This document shows positions 45,931 to 55,541 of a DNA stretch of 64,000 nt, in pieces. How positions within the stretch are numbered: position 1 is the first letter of the stretch; each line of letters opens with the position of its first letter. This stretch comes from an uncultured Bacillota bacterium (GTDB lineage Bacteria > Bacillota_I > Bacilli_A > RFN20 > CAG-826). The stretch spans positions 1,664 through 65,663 of the forward strand of contig CASFVT010000019.1 of the NCBI GenBank assembly GCA_949298195.1, given 5' to 3'. The notes below the pieces were generated by a model. It saw only the letters and a list, made by a program, of their open reading frames with translations, did no database searches and had not been told where the DNA came from. A program made the translations under genes and the position numbers.

Positions 45931-46554
45931 ATGAAAGCGGGGAAACACCTTAACCGGTGCAAGCGGGCCTACTTGGCCTTCAAGCGATTCGTCGATATCT
46001 CTGGTTCCCTTTTTGGCCTCATCGTCTTATCGCCTTTCTTCCTCCTCTGTGCAATCGGGACCAAGTGCTCCAGCAAAGGACCTGTAATTTTCAAGCAAGA
46101 ACGAATCGGGCTCTATCAAAGACCATTTTCCTTCTACAAGTTTCGTTCCATGCGCATCGATGCCCCCCAAGTCGCCCCAAGCGACATCACGGTCAGCAAA
46201 CAGCAAGCTCTCGTCACCCCATGGGGATCGTTCATGCGGAAGACGTCTCTTGATGAACTCCCCCAACTCGTCAATATCCTCAAAGGAGACATGTCCTTCA
46301 TAGGCCCCCGGCCATCGCAGGGAAAGAGTGTGGAAGGCGAACTCATTGCCCTCCGGGAAAGCAAGGATCCATCGCCTTACGAAGTCCGTCCAGGTTTAAG
46401 CGGCATGGCCCAGATCTATCTCGACCGCAACCACGACCCGGCCAAGAAATCCGAACTCGATTCCCTTTATGTGAAAAAACTGAGCCTCTGGCTCGATATC
46501 AAACTCTTCTTGCTATCGTTCGCCGTGTTGTTCGGCTATGAACCCGGGAGGTAA
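45931..46554 (+). CDS. small (PglC-like) undecaprenyl-phosphate sugar phosphotransferase (initiating transferase)
   Basis: Bacterial sugar transferase motifs KRFVDISGSLFGLIVLSP, GPVIFKQERIG, YKFRSM and DELPQLVNILKGDMSFIGPRP. Start uncertain (track ORF begins at 45889; Met at 45931 chosen). Confidence 0.8.
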   Translation: MKAGKHLNRCKRAYLAFKRFVDISGSLFGLIVLSPFFLLCAIGTKCSSKGPVIFKQERIGLYQRPFSFYKFRSMRIDAPQVAPSDITVSKQQALVTPWGSFMRKTSLDELPQLVNILKGDMSFIGPRPSQGKSVEGELIALRESKDPSPYEVRPGLSGMAQIYLDRNHDPAKKSELDSLYVKKLSLWLDIKLFLLSFAVLFGYEPGR

Positions 46555-46560
46555 ATTGGC

Positions 46561-47691
46561 ATGGGCAAACTAAAACTCGCCACCATAGTCGGGACCCGTC
46601 CGGAGATAATCCGGTTAAGCGAGGTCATCAAAAAGGCCGACAAATATTTCGACCACATCCTCATTCACACAGGTCAAAACTATGATTACGAACTCAACGA
46701 GATCTTCTTCAAGGAACTCGGCCTCCGTTCCCCCGACTACCTCCTGTCCTGCTCCGGCAAGGATCTCGGGGAAACGATGGGCAACGTGATTGCCAAAACC
46801 TACGAGATCCTCAAGGAGGGAAACCCGGATGCCGTTTTGATCCTCGGGGATACCAACTCGGCCCTCTCCGCCATCGCGGCCAAGCGTCTCAAGCTCCCCA
46901 TCTTCCATATGGAAGCCGGGAACCGCTGCTGGGATTGGAACGTGGCCGAGATGACCAACCGAACCATCGTCGACCACATCGCGGACGTCAACCTCCCCTA
47001 CACTGAGAACTCGAGGCTCTATCTCCTCAAGGAGGGAATCGATCCCAAGCGGATCTTCGTTACCGGTTCCCCCATGCACGAGGTCATCGAAGCCCACCGG
47101 GAAGAGATCGACAATGCCCGGGTGCTCGATAAGATCGGACTCCAGAGGAAGAAATACATCCTCCTCTCCGCCCACCGGGAAGAAAACATCGACATCGATG
47201 AGAATCTGGACGAACTGGTTGGCTCAATCAACGCGATTGCCGAAAAGTACGGCTTGCCGATTGTCTATTCCCTCCATCCACGTTCGCGAAAGAAACTCGA
47301 GACGCGCGGCCTGAGATTCCATTCCCTCGTCAGGGAAATGAAGCCTTTCGGCTTCTTCGAATACGTTTCCCTCGAACGGAACGCGAAGCTGGTGATAAGC
47401 GATTCCGGTACCCTCACCGAGGAAAGCGCGATGGCCGATTTCCCCGCCGTCCTCCTAAGGACCTCGACCGAACGCCCGGAAGGCCTCGATGAGGGCAACA
47501 TCGTCATTGGGGGCATCAAGAAGGAAGATGTCCTTCGGGCCGCGGAATTGGCCATCTCCCTCAGGGACAATCACGACGATGCCTATGGCCTCCCCCGCGA
47601 CTACGAGGACATGGACGTTTCCAGCAAGGTCATCAAGATCATTCAGAGCTACTACCACATCGTCAAAACTGAGACGTGGCTCAAGCGTTAA
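46561..47691 (+). CDS. fnlC: UDP-N-acetylglucosamine 2-epimerase, FnlC/Cap5G type
   Basis: 376 aa. ATIVGTRPEIIRLSEVI...HTGQNYDYELNEIFF matches non-hydrolysing WecB/Cap5G-type epimerases. Convergent with the fnlA-fnlB genes. Confidence 0.85.
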   Translation: MGKLKLATIVGTRPEIIRLSEVIKKADKYFDHILIHTGQNYDYELNEIFFKELGLRSPDYLLSCSGKDLGETMGNVIAKTYEILKEGNPDAVLILGDTNSALSAIAAKRLKLPIFHMEAGNRCWDWNVAEMTNRTIVDHIADVNLPYTENSRLYLLKEGIDPKRIFVTGSPMHEVIEAHREEIDNARVLDKIGLQRKKYILLSAHREENIDIDENLDELVGSINAIAEKYGLPIVYSLHPRSRKKLETRGLRFHSLVREMKPFGFFEYVSLERNAKLVISDSGTLTEESAMADFPAVLLRTSTERPEGLDEGNIVIGGIKKEDVLRAAELAISLRDNHDDAYGLPRDYEDMDVSSKVIKIIQSYYHIVKTETWLKR

Positions 47692-47700
47692 AGCAGGCAC

Positions 47701-47722
47701 AAAGAGGATTTGGACCTCTTTT
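47701..47722 (+). terminator. hairpin terminator after fnlC
   Basis: AAAGAGG-N7-CCTCTTT followed by T, 10 nt after the stop codon. Confidence 0.4.
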
Positions 47723-47758
47723 AGGATGTTTTAAAAAAGCTTTTGCGGTTGTTTTTGC

Positions 47759-48856
47759 TTAATCTTGATAAGTATCAGGAGTCGAATCGTCATATTCCTC
47801 GTTAGCCCAAATGACCGTCAGGGCCTCTTGATCTCCGATGTTTTCGATTTCATGGAGATAACCGGGTTTCACGTCGACGATGATGTATTCGTCCTTGACC
47901 TCGATTTCCGTTTCCTTGGTTTCCTCCGGGTGAAAGAGGGGATACGTCCGATAGATGACGTGCCCGGAGAGGAAAGCGAATTTCTCGATCTTCGTCTCGT
48001 GGTAATGGCCGCCTTTCTTCTCGCGGGGAGCGATGACGTTGATGGAAACCTGCCCCATTCCCCCAAGGCGGAACAACTCGTTGAAGGAGCCCCGCTTCTC
48101 TTTCCTTATGGACAAGGAATAAGAAATGTCATCGTCCTCCAGATAGGAAATGTAAGTCGCGTACAGTTTCTTCCCGATGCCGGCTTGGAGGGGCAAATGA
48201 CGGGTAAGGCGGCTACTCCCGCATTCGCGGAGAAAGGACAGGATGTCCCCAAGTCTCATTTCATAGACCGGCTTGGCCTCGAGGTAGAGGGGGATTTCCT
48301 TCAAGGCAAGCCGCCCAACCACGTCATTCACGAAGTCGTCGACATAAAGGAGGCGGAGCTTCTTGTCTGGGTCATCGATGACCGGGGTCCCGCCGCGGGT
48401 CAATTGATGACACCAAGTCGCGATGACGGAGTTGTAGAAGGGCCGGGCCCCCTTGCCGAAGACATTGGGGAGACGGTAGATGCCCACTTGGGTGCCGTGA
48501 CGTTCCCTGAGGGATTCCAAGACCTTCTCCGCCTCTTTCTTGCTCCGCCCATAGGGATTGTCTAGTTCCGCTTGAATCGACGAGGCGAAGAAAAGCTTCT
48601 TGGCTGGGTCTTCTTTTTCGAGGATTCCCGCTAGTTGGGCCGTCAAGCCGTAGTTGACCCGGCGGAAGTCCCCCACGTCATCTGGTCTGTTTTCCCCGGC
48701 CAAATGGACGATGGCTTCGGCTTCATGGACCAAGGCACCTAGTTCATCGAGGGTGTTGTCGCGGTCGAAAGAAAGGACCTCATGGCCCTCTCTTATTAGA
48801 TAACGGGCAAAGGTCTTCCCAATGAAGCCGTTTGAACCGGTGACGAGGACTTTCAT
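47759..48856 (-). CDS. fnlB: CapF/FnlB-type bifunctional reductase/epimerase with C-terminal cupin
   Basis: 365 aa. MKVLVTGSNGFIGK Rossmann, NPYGRSK, YNSVIATWCHQL and the cupin segment RGSFNELF...GGHYHETKIEKF, colinear with S. aureus Cap5F. Confidence 0.8.
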   Translation of the reverse strand: MKVLVTGSNGFIGKTFARYLIREGHEVLSFDRDNTLDELGALVHEAEAIVHLAGENRPDDVGDFRRVNYGLTAQLAGILEKEDPAKKLFFASSIQAELDNPYGRSKKEAEKVLESLRERHGTQVGIYRLPNVFGKGARPFYNSVIATWCHQLTRGGTPVIDDPDKKLRLLYVDDFVNDVVGRLALKEIPLYLEAKPVYEMRLGDILSFLRECGSSRLTRHLPLQAGIGKKLYATYISYLEDDDISYSLSIRKEKRGSFNELFRLGGMGQVSINVIAPREKKGGHYHETKIEKFAFLSGHVIYRTYPLFHPEETKETEIEVKDEYIIVDVKPGYLHEIENIGDQEALTVIWANEEYDDSTPDTYQD

Positions 48857-49867
48857 TCAGTCTCCCGCGAAGAGATCGAGCCGGCGGAGCTCCTTCTCCA
48901 TTCCCTCCACGTCGAGGCGGTTGGTGTTGTGGGAGGTATAGGGTTCGGCCAAATCGATGTGGCGGTTTCCCTTCTCCACGTATTTGTCGTAGTTGAGGTC
49001 CCGGTTATCGGCCTTGATTCGGTAGAAGCCTCCCTCATCGACGGCCCGGACCATCTCCTCGCTGGTGACGAGGGTCTCGTAAAGTTTCTCCCCGTGCCTG
49101 GTCCCGATGTAGTCGATTCCGACATCGGAATGCTTCAATTCGAGGACGGCCTCGGCCAAGGTGGCGATCGTCGCGGCCGGGGCCTTTTGGACGAAGAGGT
49201 CACCCTGCTTGGCATGCTCGAAGGCATAGAGGACGAGCTCCACCGCATCGGAGAGGGTCATCATGAAGCGGGTCATCTCGGGATTGGTGACCGTGAGGGG
49301 CCTATGGGCCGCGATTTGTTCGAGGAAGAGGGGGATGACGCTCCCGCGGCTGGCCATGACGTTGCCATAGCGCGTGAGGCAGAAGACGGTATCCCCGGGT
49401 AAGCACTGCCTGGAACGGGCGATGACGTTTTTCTCCATGAGGGCCTTGCTCATCCCCATCGCGTTGATCGGGTAGGCGGCCTTGTCGGTGGAAAGGAAGA
49501 CGGCCTTCTTCACGTGGTTGTGGAGACAGGCGGTCATCACGTTGTCGGTTCCGATGACGTTCGTCTTCACGGCTTCCATCGGGTAGAACTCACAAGACGG
49601 AACCTGCTTGAGGGCCGCGGCCGCGAAGACGAAATCGACCCCGCGGAAGGCTCCCTCGATGGCCGAGAGATCGCGGACATCCCCGATGTAGAACTTCAAG
49701 CGGTCGTCTTGGTAGGACTTCCGCATGTCGTCCTGCTTCTTCTCGTCCCGGGAAAGGATGCGGATTTCCTTGATGTCGGTCTGGAGGAAGCGCTCGACCG
49801 CGGCATGTCCGAAACTGCCGGTCCCGCCCGTAATGAGGAGAACTTGATCGCGATAACTGACTGCCAT
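48857..49867 (-). CDS. fnlA: UDP-GlcNAc 4,6-dehydratase/5-epimerase, CapE/FnlA type
   Basis: 336 aa. LLITGGTGSFGHAAVERFLQTDIKEIRILSRDEKKQDDMRKSY is close to the Cap5E/FnlA N-terminus. Abuts fnlB with no gap. Confidence 0.85.
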   Translation of the reverse strand: MAVSYRDQVLLITGGTGSFGHAAVERFLQTDIKEIRILSRDEKKQDDMRKSYQDDRLKFYIGDVRDLSAIEGAFRGVDFVFAAAALKQVPSCEFYPMEAVKTNVIGTDNVMTACLHNHVKKAVFLSTDKAAYPINAMGMSKALMEKNVIARSRQCLPGDTVFCLTRYGNVMASRGSVIPLFLEQIAAHRPLTVTNPEMTRFMMTLSDAVELVLYAFEHAKQGDLFVQKAPAATIATLAEAVLELKHSDVGIDYIGTRHGEKLYETLVTSEEMVRAVDEGGFYRIKADNRDLNYDKYVEKGNRHIDLAEPYTSHNTNRLDVEGMEKELRRLDLFAGD

Positions 49868-49883
49868 TGTTTGACTCCTTCTT

Positions 49884-50873
49884 TCAACGTCCCGTCCCTT
49901 TCTTCCTGAGCGAAAGAATAAGAAGCGGGAAACTCACCAATAGGAAAGTGTAAACGACGCCCAAATACAAGTGCGACGGGGCGAGGGACAAGGGGGAAGA
50001 CGGAAAAACGGCGGCCAGTAGGTAAGAGAAGCCCACGGCCAAGGCAAAGGAAACGATGTCGATGAAAACGGTAACGAAAGCCATTGGCTCTTTATCCCTG
50101 CCGGACGAGTCTTCGCCCCACGAGGAAGTGACGACATAGCCGTGCATGAGGAAGGTGAAGAGGGCCAAGACGAGCAAGACGGCCCCGAGGGCGGCGTCTC
50201 CGAAAGCGAAAAGCCCCCCGGCAAAGGACAGGGAATAAATGCCAAGGAAGGCGAAGATGGAGAGGAAGGGGAAGGCGGTTTTGCCCTGCTTCCAAATGGC
50301 TCTTAGGCCAAGGGGCTTATTGGAAATCAGATTGCGCCTATGGCGTTTGATCTCCCGCAAGCTCGCCTTGGGGCTTTCCCTACTTTGATGAAAAGCCAAC
50401 GGGAGTTCGAAATGACCCGCAAAAGCGGACTCGATTCGCGAAAGATTTTCTGTGTTCCCCTTCTTCGAGAGGTCGATCGAGAGATACATGGCCTCTTCTT
50501 CCTCGAGAACGGAAAGGGCCTTTTCGAGCTTCGCCTCGGGGGAAAGGGACGTCTCCCTAAAAGAAGAGAGGCGGTCGAGAACGGTCTTTTCCTTGGACCG
50601 CGCATCTTCACTACTTACGAGGAAGACCGCGGTCATCTCGACCAGTCCGGCAATCAGGACGTCGAGTTCGAAAAACGAAAGGTCCTCGGGCCTTTTTGAA
50701 GAAAAGATTTCTTCCTGACCCTCGAAGAAGCTTACTTCCCCCACCTCATAGGCTTCGTCGAGGAAGAGGATGAGTCCCTGTTTGGACTTGTCGACGAGAT
50801 TGTAGCCCGGGCTCAAAACGAGGGTCTTGGTTTCCCCATTTGAATCGGCAACGATCCTGAGAGTCGGTCTCAT
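49884..50873 (-). CDS. hypothetical protein: cytoplasmic N-domain plus four C-terminal helices
   Basis: Start set at MRPTLRIVADSNG (Met 33 of ORF 49884..50969), 7 nt after the upstream flippase stop. No recognisable motif. Confidence 0.5.
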   Translation of the reverse strand: MRPTLRIVADSNGETKTLVLSPGYNLVDKSKQGLILFLDEAYEVGEVSFFEGQEEIFSSKRPEDLSFFELDVLIAGLVEMTAVFLVSSEDARSKEKTVLDRLSSFRETSLSPEAKLEKALSVLEEEEAMYLSIDLSKKGNTENLSRIESAFAGHFELPLAFHQSRESPKASLREIKRHRRNLISNKPLGLRAIWKQGKTAFPFLSIFAFLGIYSLSFAGGLFAFGDAALGAVLLVLALFTFLMHGYVVTSSWGEDSSGRDKEPMAFVTVFIDIVSFALAVGFSYLLAAVFPSSPLSLAPSHLYLGVVYTFLLVSFPLLILSLRKKGTGR

Positions 50874-50880
50874 GGGGCAA

Positions 50881-52452
50881 TCATACCCTTTCTTGTCCCC
50901 GCTTGGGCCAGAGGGAGGAGATGTCCTTCCAATAGGCCACCGTCGAAAACAGGAGATAAGGCACGGCATAGAAGAGGGCCGCGAGGATGAAGGAGGGGAG
51001 GTGCCCGATGCTTTCGACCGGGATGAGGCTCATGAGCCCGCGGGAAACCGCAACCCCGGCCGCGGCAAACAAAAGAAGAACGAGGAAGGAGAGGAGGCTC
51101 CTGCCTATCGGGAGTTTCATCTTGAACCGATAGATGAGGTTGTTGACGATGCCGAAAGAGACAAAGGAAGAGCCACCGAGTCCGAAGAGGGGGCCATAGA
51201 CCTTCGTCTCGTCCGGCAAATAGACGACGAGGAGGGCGCTGACGAGGGCCCCGAGGAGGGCTATCGCCAAGTCGAGGATCCCGATGATGGCATGTTCTTT
51301 CCTGGCCCGGGCAATCTCGAGGGAGGCATTCCCGGCCAGGGGAAGGGCAAAGAGAATCAAATATCCCACCCCGAGGCAATATACGGTATCCTTGGCCCAT
51401 TCGTTCAAGGGGGTGTGACCGAGCCAAGCGTAGACGAACTCGCGGCCGGAGGAGACGAAGCCCCCGACGATGAGCATGAGAAGGAAACTGACGGCCAAGG
51501 TGCACTTCCGGTGGAGTTCCTTGGCCTTTTCCTCGTCCCCGGCCGCCACCGCCTCGTTGAGGGAGGGAATGAAGACCCGGGAAACGGAAAGGGCGAAGAG
51601 GGACTCGTAGACGTAGAACTCGATGCCATAGGCGATGAGGGTGACGTCCTCCACCGCCCCGAAGGCCCCGACCGCCCAACGGCCAAAGCCGGCATTGAGC
51701 TCGGAGACGACCATCGAGAGAAAGACGAAGACCGAGAAAGAGAGTATCTCCTTGAGATAGGGCTTGGCCTCTGAGAAGGCCATCCTCTCAAAACGCATCT
51801 CGTGATGATGGAGGGAAGCCACGAGGCAAAGGAGCCCAGAGAAAATGTTTGCCGCGAAGGCCGCGATGGCTACATAGATGGCATCGCCCCCGATCGCGAG
51901 GGCAATGGCCCCGATGCTGGCCGAGAGGATCTTGGTGAGGATGTGGGCTCCTTGGTAGACAACGAAGTGGGTTTTGAAGAAGAGGTGCCACGAGAATAGC
52001 GAAAGGAAAAAGCCGAGTCCCTGCGATAGGCCCAGGAGCAGGAGGTAATTGCACATCAACTCGTGCTCTTCGGGGTCGTAGCCGGTCGAGACGGCCCCGG
52101 ACTTGAAGACCGAGTAGACGATGAGGGTGCCGACGACCTGGGCAATCCCGATCAAGGCGAAAACGACGAGATAGAGGAAGTTGACCTTCCGTAGGGCGTC
52201 TCCCCCTTCCTTCTCGGCCCGGGTGGCAAAGCGGATGTAGGAGTTCTCGATCCCGAAGGAAAGCAACGACATGAAGAGAACGATCGAGGCGGCATATTGA
52301 TAAATGCCGTCTTTCGTCTCCCCGACGATCGAGAGGGCGAAGGGAGGGTATAGAAGCGAGACGACGAGGGAGACGAAGACGGCGATCATCGACATGATGA
52401 CCCCGGTCCTGATCGAAGAGCCGTGACGCGGCTCAAGCACCTTGGAAGGCAT
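50881..52452 (-). CDS. second Wzx/MOP-type polysaccharide flippase (high-GC, native)
   Basis: 523 aa with about 14 helices. Polysacc_synt-like N-terminus YPPFALSIVGETKDGIYQY. TAATG 1-nt overlap with the upstream gene. Confidence 0.7.
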   Translation of the reverse strand: MPSKVLEPRHGSSIRTGVIMSMIAVFVSLVVSLLYPPFALSIVGETKDGIYQYAASIVLFMSLLSFGIENSYIRFATRAEKEGGDALRKVNFLYLVVFALIGIAQVVGTLIVYSVFKSGAVSTGYDPEEHELMCNYLLLLGLSQGLGFFLSLFSWHLFFKTHFVVYQGAHILTKILSASIGAIALAIGGDAIYVAIAAFAANIFSGLLCLVASLHHHEMRFERMAFSEAKPYLKEILSFSVFVFLSMVVSELNAGFGRWAVGAFGAVEDVTLIAYGIEFYVYESLFALSVSRVFIPSLNEAVAAGDEEKAKELHRKCTLAVSFLLMLIVGGFVSSGREFVYAWLGHTPLNEWAKDTVYCLGVGYLILFALPLAGNASLEIARARKEHAIIGILDLAIALLGALVSALLVVYLPDETKVYGPLFGLGGSSFVSFGIVNNLIYRFKMKLPIGRSLLSFLVLLLFAAAGVAVSRGLMSLIPVESIGHLPSFILAALFYAVPYLLFSTVAYWKDISSLWPKRGQERV

Positions 52453-54557
52453 TAGGCTTTCCCTCCTTTTCCCTGGCGGCGGAATGGCACCCGCCCTTTC
52501 TTTTCGATTTTCCGTTCATAAAGGGCGGCCAGTTTCCCTTCCGAGACGAACAAGAGGCGTTCATAGGCCCGTTCCGGGTAAATGATGGCCCCATCGAAGC
52601 CCGAGAGGCAACATTCAAACGGAGCCACGACGTAAACGAGGACGTAGACGAAGGCACAGGTGGTGGTTAGGAGGAGGTGGTAGAAGCCGTTCGGGGCCAC
52701 GTAGGAGTGGAGGAAATAGGCAAAGACGGAGGAGGAAACGATGACGAAAGCAAACGGGAGATAAAGGAGGGCCCAGCCGCGGCCCTTGATGCCCAGGCCA
52801 GCCAAGCCAATGACGAGGATGGCGGCAACGGGGAGGACGAGGCTGACGAGCATCGAGGCCACGGGGGGTAGTAGAAGCGGCCCGAGGATGGCGTTGAGTA
52901 GAAGGAGGAAGCCGAACAAGAGGGGCCAGAAACGGCCGCCAAAGCCTTCCTCGGCCTTATATGAGCCGAAGGAGTATGTACCGGCGATGGCATAAGCGAG
53001 GAGGGAAAGAAAATAAAGGAAGACCTCCCCGTGGGGGAAGAAGGGGTTTGAGACGACGTAGGGAAAGAGGAAGACGAGGGGGATGGCACTCGCGGAAAGA
53101 GCCAAGCGGAGACTCCGATAAGGGAGCCTCTTCGCGGCTGTCTTCTGGTTCGAGAAATCCTCGATCACCTGTTCTCCGACCTCAGGGTGAAGGTGATGGT
53201 GGTTATGGACGAGGGGAATCATCAATATGACGCCATAGAAGCCGAGCGACCAGGCATCGAAGAGCATGAGTCCCCCGCTTTCGACGAACGTCCGGGCGAG
53301 GATGGCGAAGTAGAGGATGAGGGCGAACTGGGATTCCCGGTTCCCCCTGACCATGGCCTTGAGGATGATGATGAGCCCGGCGAGCCATAAGAGGAGTTCG
53401 AGGGCCATCCCGAGAGCCCCGGCATTGACGAAGGCATAGACCCACTCGATGTCGATAGCCACGGTCGAGGAGGGATTTCCCCGGAGGAGGGAATACAAAA
53501 CGACGAGGCTCGACTTGAACCCGAGGCCGAAGACGGTGGCCAAGGGCCCCATGCCGTTCACCGCATCCATCGCCTCCTTGGCGAGGGAGATGCGGGCAAG
53601 GAGGTTCTGGGAGCCGTTGGTAAGAACCGAGGTGAAGAAATCCTTCAGGATGTCAAAGAGGTCGCTCGAACCCCGTTCGCCCGGAACCGTCCAGACGGCA
53701 ATGAGGGCGGCAAAAGCAATCAGGACAAGGGCCAAGAGGACGTTGTTCCTGATCTTGTGGGCCTTGAGGCTCCGGGCGTAGGCAAGGAGGGGGAGGATGA
53801 GGATGAGGACGGCGGTGATGATGACCTGGGTCCTGGAAAGAAGGGGTACCTGGATGAGGGCGAGGAGGATGGCGAGGAGCCACCGCCACCACCGGGGGGA
53901 GCCGGTTACGAGGATCATCTCGGCGGCAAAGCCGATGAAAAGGACGGTCGCGAAGATGTTCTTGTTCCGGTATAAGCCGCTGATCCCTTCGTTACCGATG
54001 TCGAAGGTCGTGAAGAACTCCTTCCAGACCTCGAACTCCAACAAGAGGGAGGCAAAGAAGGAGAAAAAGGCCACGACGACGAGGCCCTTGAGGACGAGAC
54101 GGGGGAAGAAAGTCCCCCCGACCACCCGGGGAAGAATGGCAAAGAGGAAATAGAAGAGCATCGCGTTGAGGAGGCCAACGATGATGTAACGGGCTTTGAG
54201 GACGTCGGTGAAGGCGAGGACAAGGTTCCCCTCGAAATAGACGTCCTTGCAATTGAGCGTGACCGCGACGGTGTTCCCGATGGCAAGGGCAAGGGCAAAG
54301 AAAAGCCACCCCCAGTGGACACTCGTCCTGAAACCCCGATAGGCAATGAGGAGGATGACCGCGTAGAGGAGGAAGGCCAACGCGGACAAAAAGAAAAACT
54401 GGTTGTTGGTGATGTCGCCGATGATGAGGTCCTCGGCGAAGATGCCATGCCCCTCGAGGAGAAGGAAGAAAACGAGAACGAAAAGAAGGCCGGCGATGGA
54501 AGCGACGATGCTTTCCCGCCGGCGGGTACTGATCTTCTTGCCTCGAAAGGCGAGCAT
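52452..54557 (-). CDS. large polytopic O-antigen ligase/polymerase-like membrane protein
   Basis: About 700 aa with about 18 helices. The central YRNKNIFATVLF and FVNAGALGMALELLLW resemble Wzy_C/O-antigen ligase segments. Start at MLAFRGKK (the track ORF start 54587 would overlap the hydrolase gene by 28 nt). Confidence 0.55.
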   Translation of the reverse strand: MLAFRGKKISTRRRESIVASIAGLLFVLVFFLLLEGHGIFAEDLIIGDITNNQFFFLSALAFLLYAVILLIAYRGFRTSVHWGWLFFALALAIGNTVAVTLNCKDVYFEGNLVLAFTDVLKARYIIVGLLNAMLFYFLFAILPRVVGGTFFPRLVLKGLVVVAFFSFFASLLLEFEVWKEFFTTFDIGNEGISGLYRNKNIFATVLFIGFAAEMILVTGSPRWWRWLLAILLALIQVPLLSRTQVIITAVLILILPLLAYARSLKAHKIRNNVLLALVLIAFAALIAVWTVPGERGSSDLFDILKDFFTSVLTNGSQNLLARISLAKEAMDAVNGMGPLATVFGLGFKSSLVVLYSLLRGNPSSTVAIDIEWVYAFVNAGALGMALELLLWLAGLIIILKAMVRGNRESQFALILYFAILARTFVESGGLMLFDAWSLGFYGVILMIPLVHNHHHLHPEVGEQVIEDFSNQKTAAKRLPYRSLRLALSASAIPLVFLFPYVVSNPFFPHGEVFLYFLSLLAYAIAGTYSFGSYKAEEGFGGRFWPLLFGFLLLLNAILGPLLLPPVASMLVSLVLPVAAILVIGLAGLGIKGRGWALLYLPFAFVIVSSSVFAYFLHSYVAPNGFYHLLLTTTCAFVYVLVYVVAPFECCLSGFDGAIIYPERAYERLLFVSEGKLAALYERKIEKKGRVPFRRQGKGGKA

Positions 54558-54559
54558 CG

Positions 54560-55477
54560 TTACCCGCCCACTCCCTTGAGGGCCCAAGCGGCGATTTCCC
54601 CATACGGGGCCGCCTTCCCTTCTTCGTTGAGGATCTCGTGACGCATCTTCGGGTAGACGATGACCCGAAGATCCTGGACACCCTGCTTCTCGTACATCTT
54701 CTTCAGGCGTTCGATGCCGATTCCCATTTCCCCGACCGGGTCGCCTTCCCCGGCCAGGATGAGGATCCTCTCCTTCGGGCTGACCTTCCCGATTTCCCTT
54801 TTCTCGTAAAGATGCGACATCCCCCTAAGGAATTCCTTCCAGAAGATGTTCGTGTTGGTGATGCCGCAGAGAGGATCATCGTGATAAGCCTGGATGTTCT
54901 CTTCGCTATAGGAGAGCCAGTCCAAGGGCCCTTTCCGATCCTTGATGGCCCGTTCATAGGCCCCGATGCCAAGTGACTGGATGAATTTCGATGGTTTCTT
55001 GGCGTTTTTCCCGTTCACGATGAGGGAAGCGAGAAAATAGGATATCTTCATCTTGGCTAGGCAGGGGCCGTTCGAGCCGATGATCCCGACGAAATCGGCC
55101 TCGCCGGGGTAAAGCTCCAGGAAGCGCTGGGTCATGAAAGACCCCATCGAGTGGCCCATGATGCCGGTCGGGAGGGCGGTCCGGGTTTTCACCTCCAGGA
55201 GTTTCTCGTGCCCCAAGGAAACGGTTCGGTCGAAATCGCCTTCCACCCAAACCTGGGGAAGCTTTCCTTTCCCCTCATCGATGTTGAGACCCTGTCCCGG
55301 GGCATCAAGGACGTAAAGGGAGATTCCGCGGTCATTCAAATAGGAGGCGAAGTCCGCGTAACGGAGGGCGTGCTCCTCCATCCCGGTGAAAAAGACGATG
55401 TTGGCCTTGGCCGTAGGGGTTTCCCAAGCCCGGCCCAAGAGGGAATGCCCGTTTTTGGCAATGCTGAACACTTCCAT
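54560..55477 (-). CDS. alpha/beta hydrolase (lysophospholipase/monoacylglycerol lipase-like)
   Basis: 305 aa with the nucleophile elbow GHSMGS and an N-terminal HG-type oxyanion region (VFFTGMEEH). Confidence 0.8.
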   Translation of the reverse strand: MEVFSIAKNGHSLLGRAWETPTAKANIVFFTGMEEHALRYADFASYLNDRGISLYVLDAPGQGLNIDEGKGKLPQVWVEGDFDRTVSLGHEKLLEVKTRTALPTGIMGHSMGSFMTQRFLELYPGEADFVGIIGSNGPCLAKMKISYFLASLIVNGKNAKKPSKFIQSLGIGAYERAIKDRKGPLDWLSYSEENIQAYHDDPLCGITNTNIFWKEFLRGMSHLYEKREIGKVSPKERILILAGEGDPVGEMGIGIERLKKMYEKQGVQDLRVIVYPKMRHEILNEEGKAAPYGEIAAWALKGVGG

Positions 55478-55541
55478 GTGACGGCCCTTATTATACGCGA
55501 GGGCGCGCGCTCGCCCAGCCCCAAAGGCAGGTCTCGCGATT

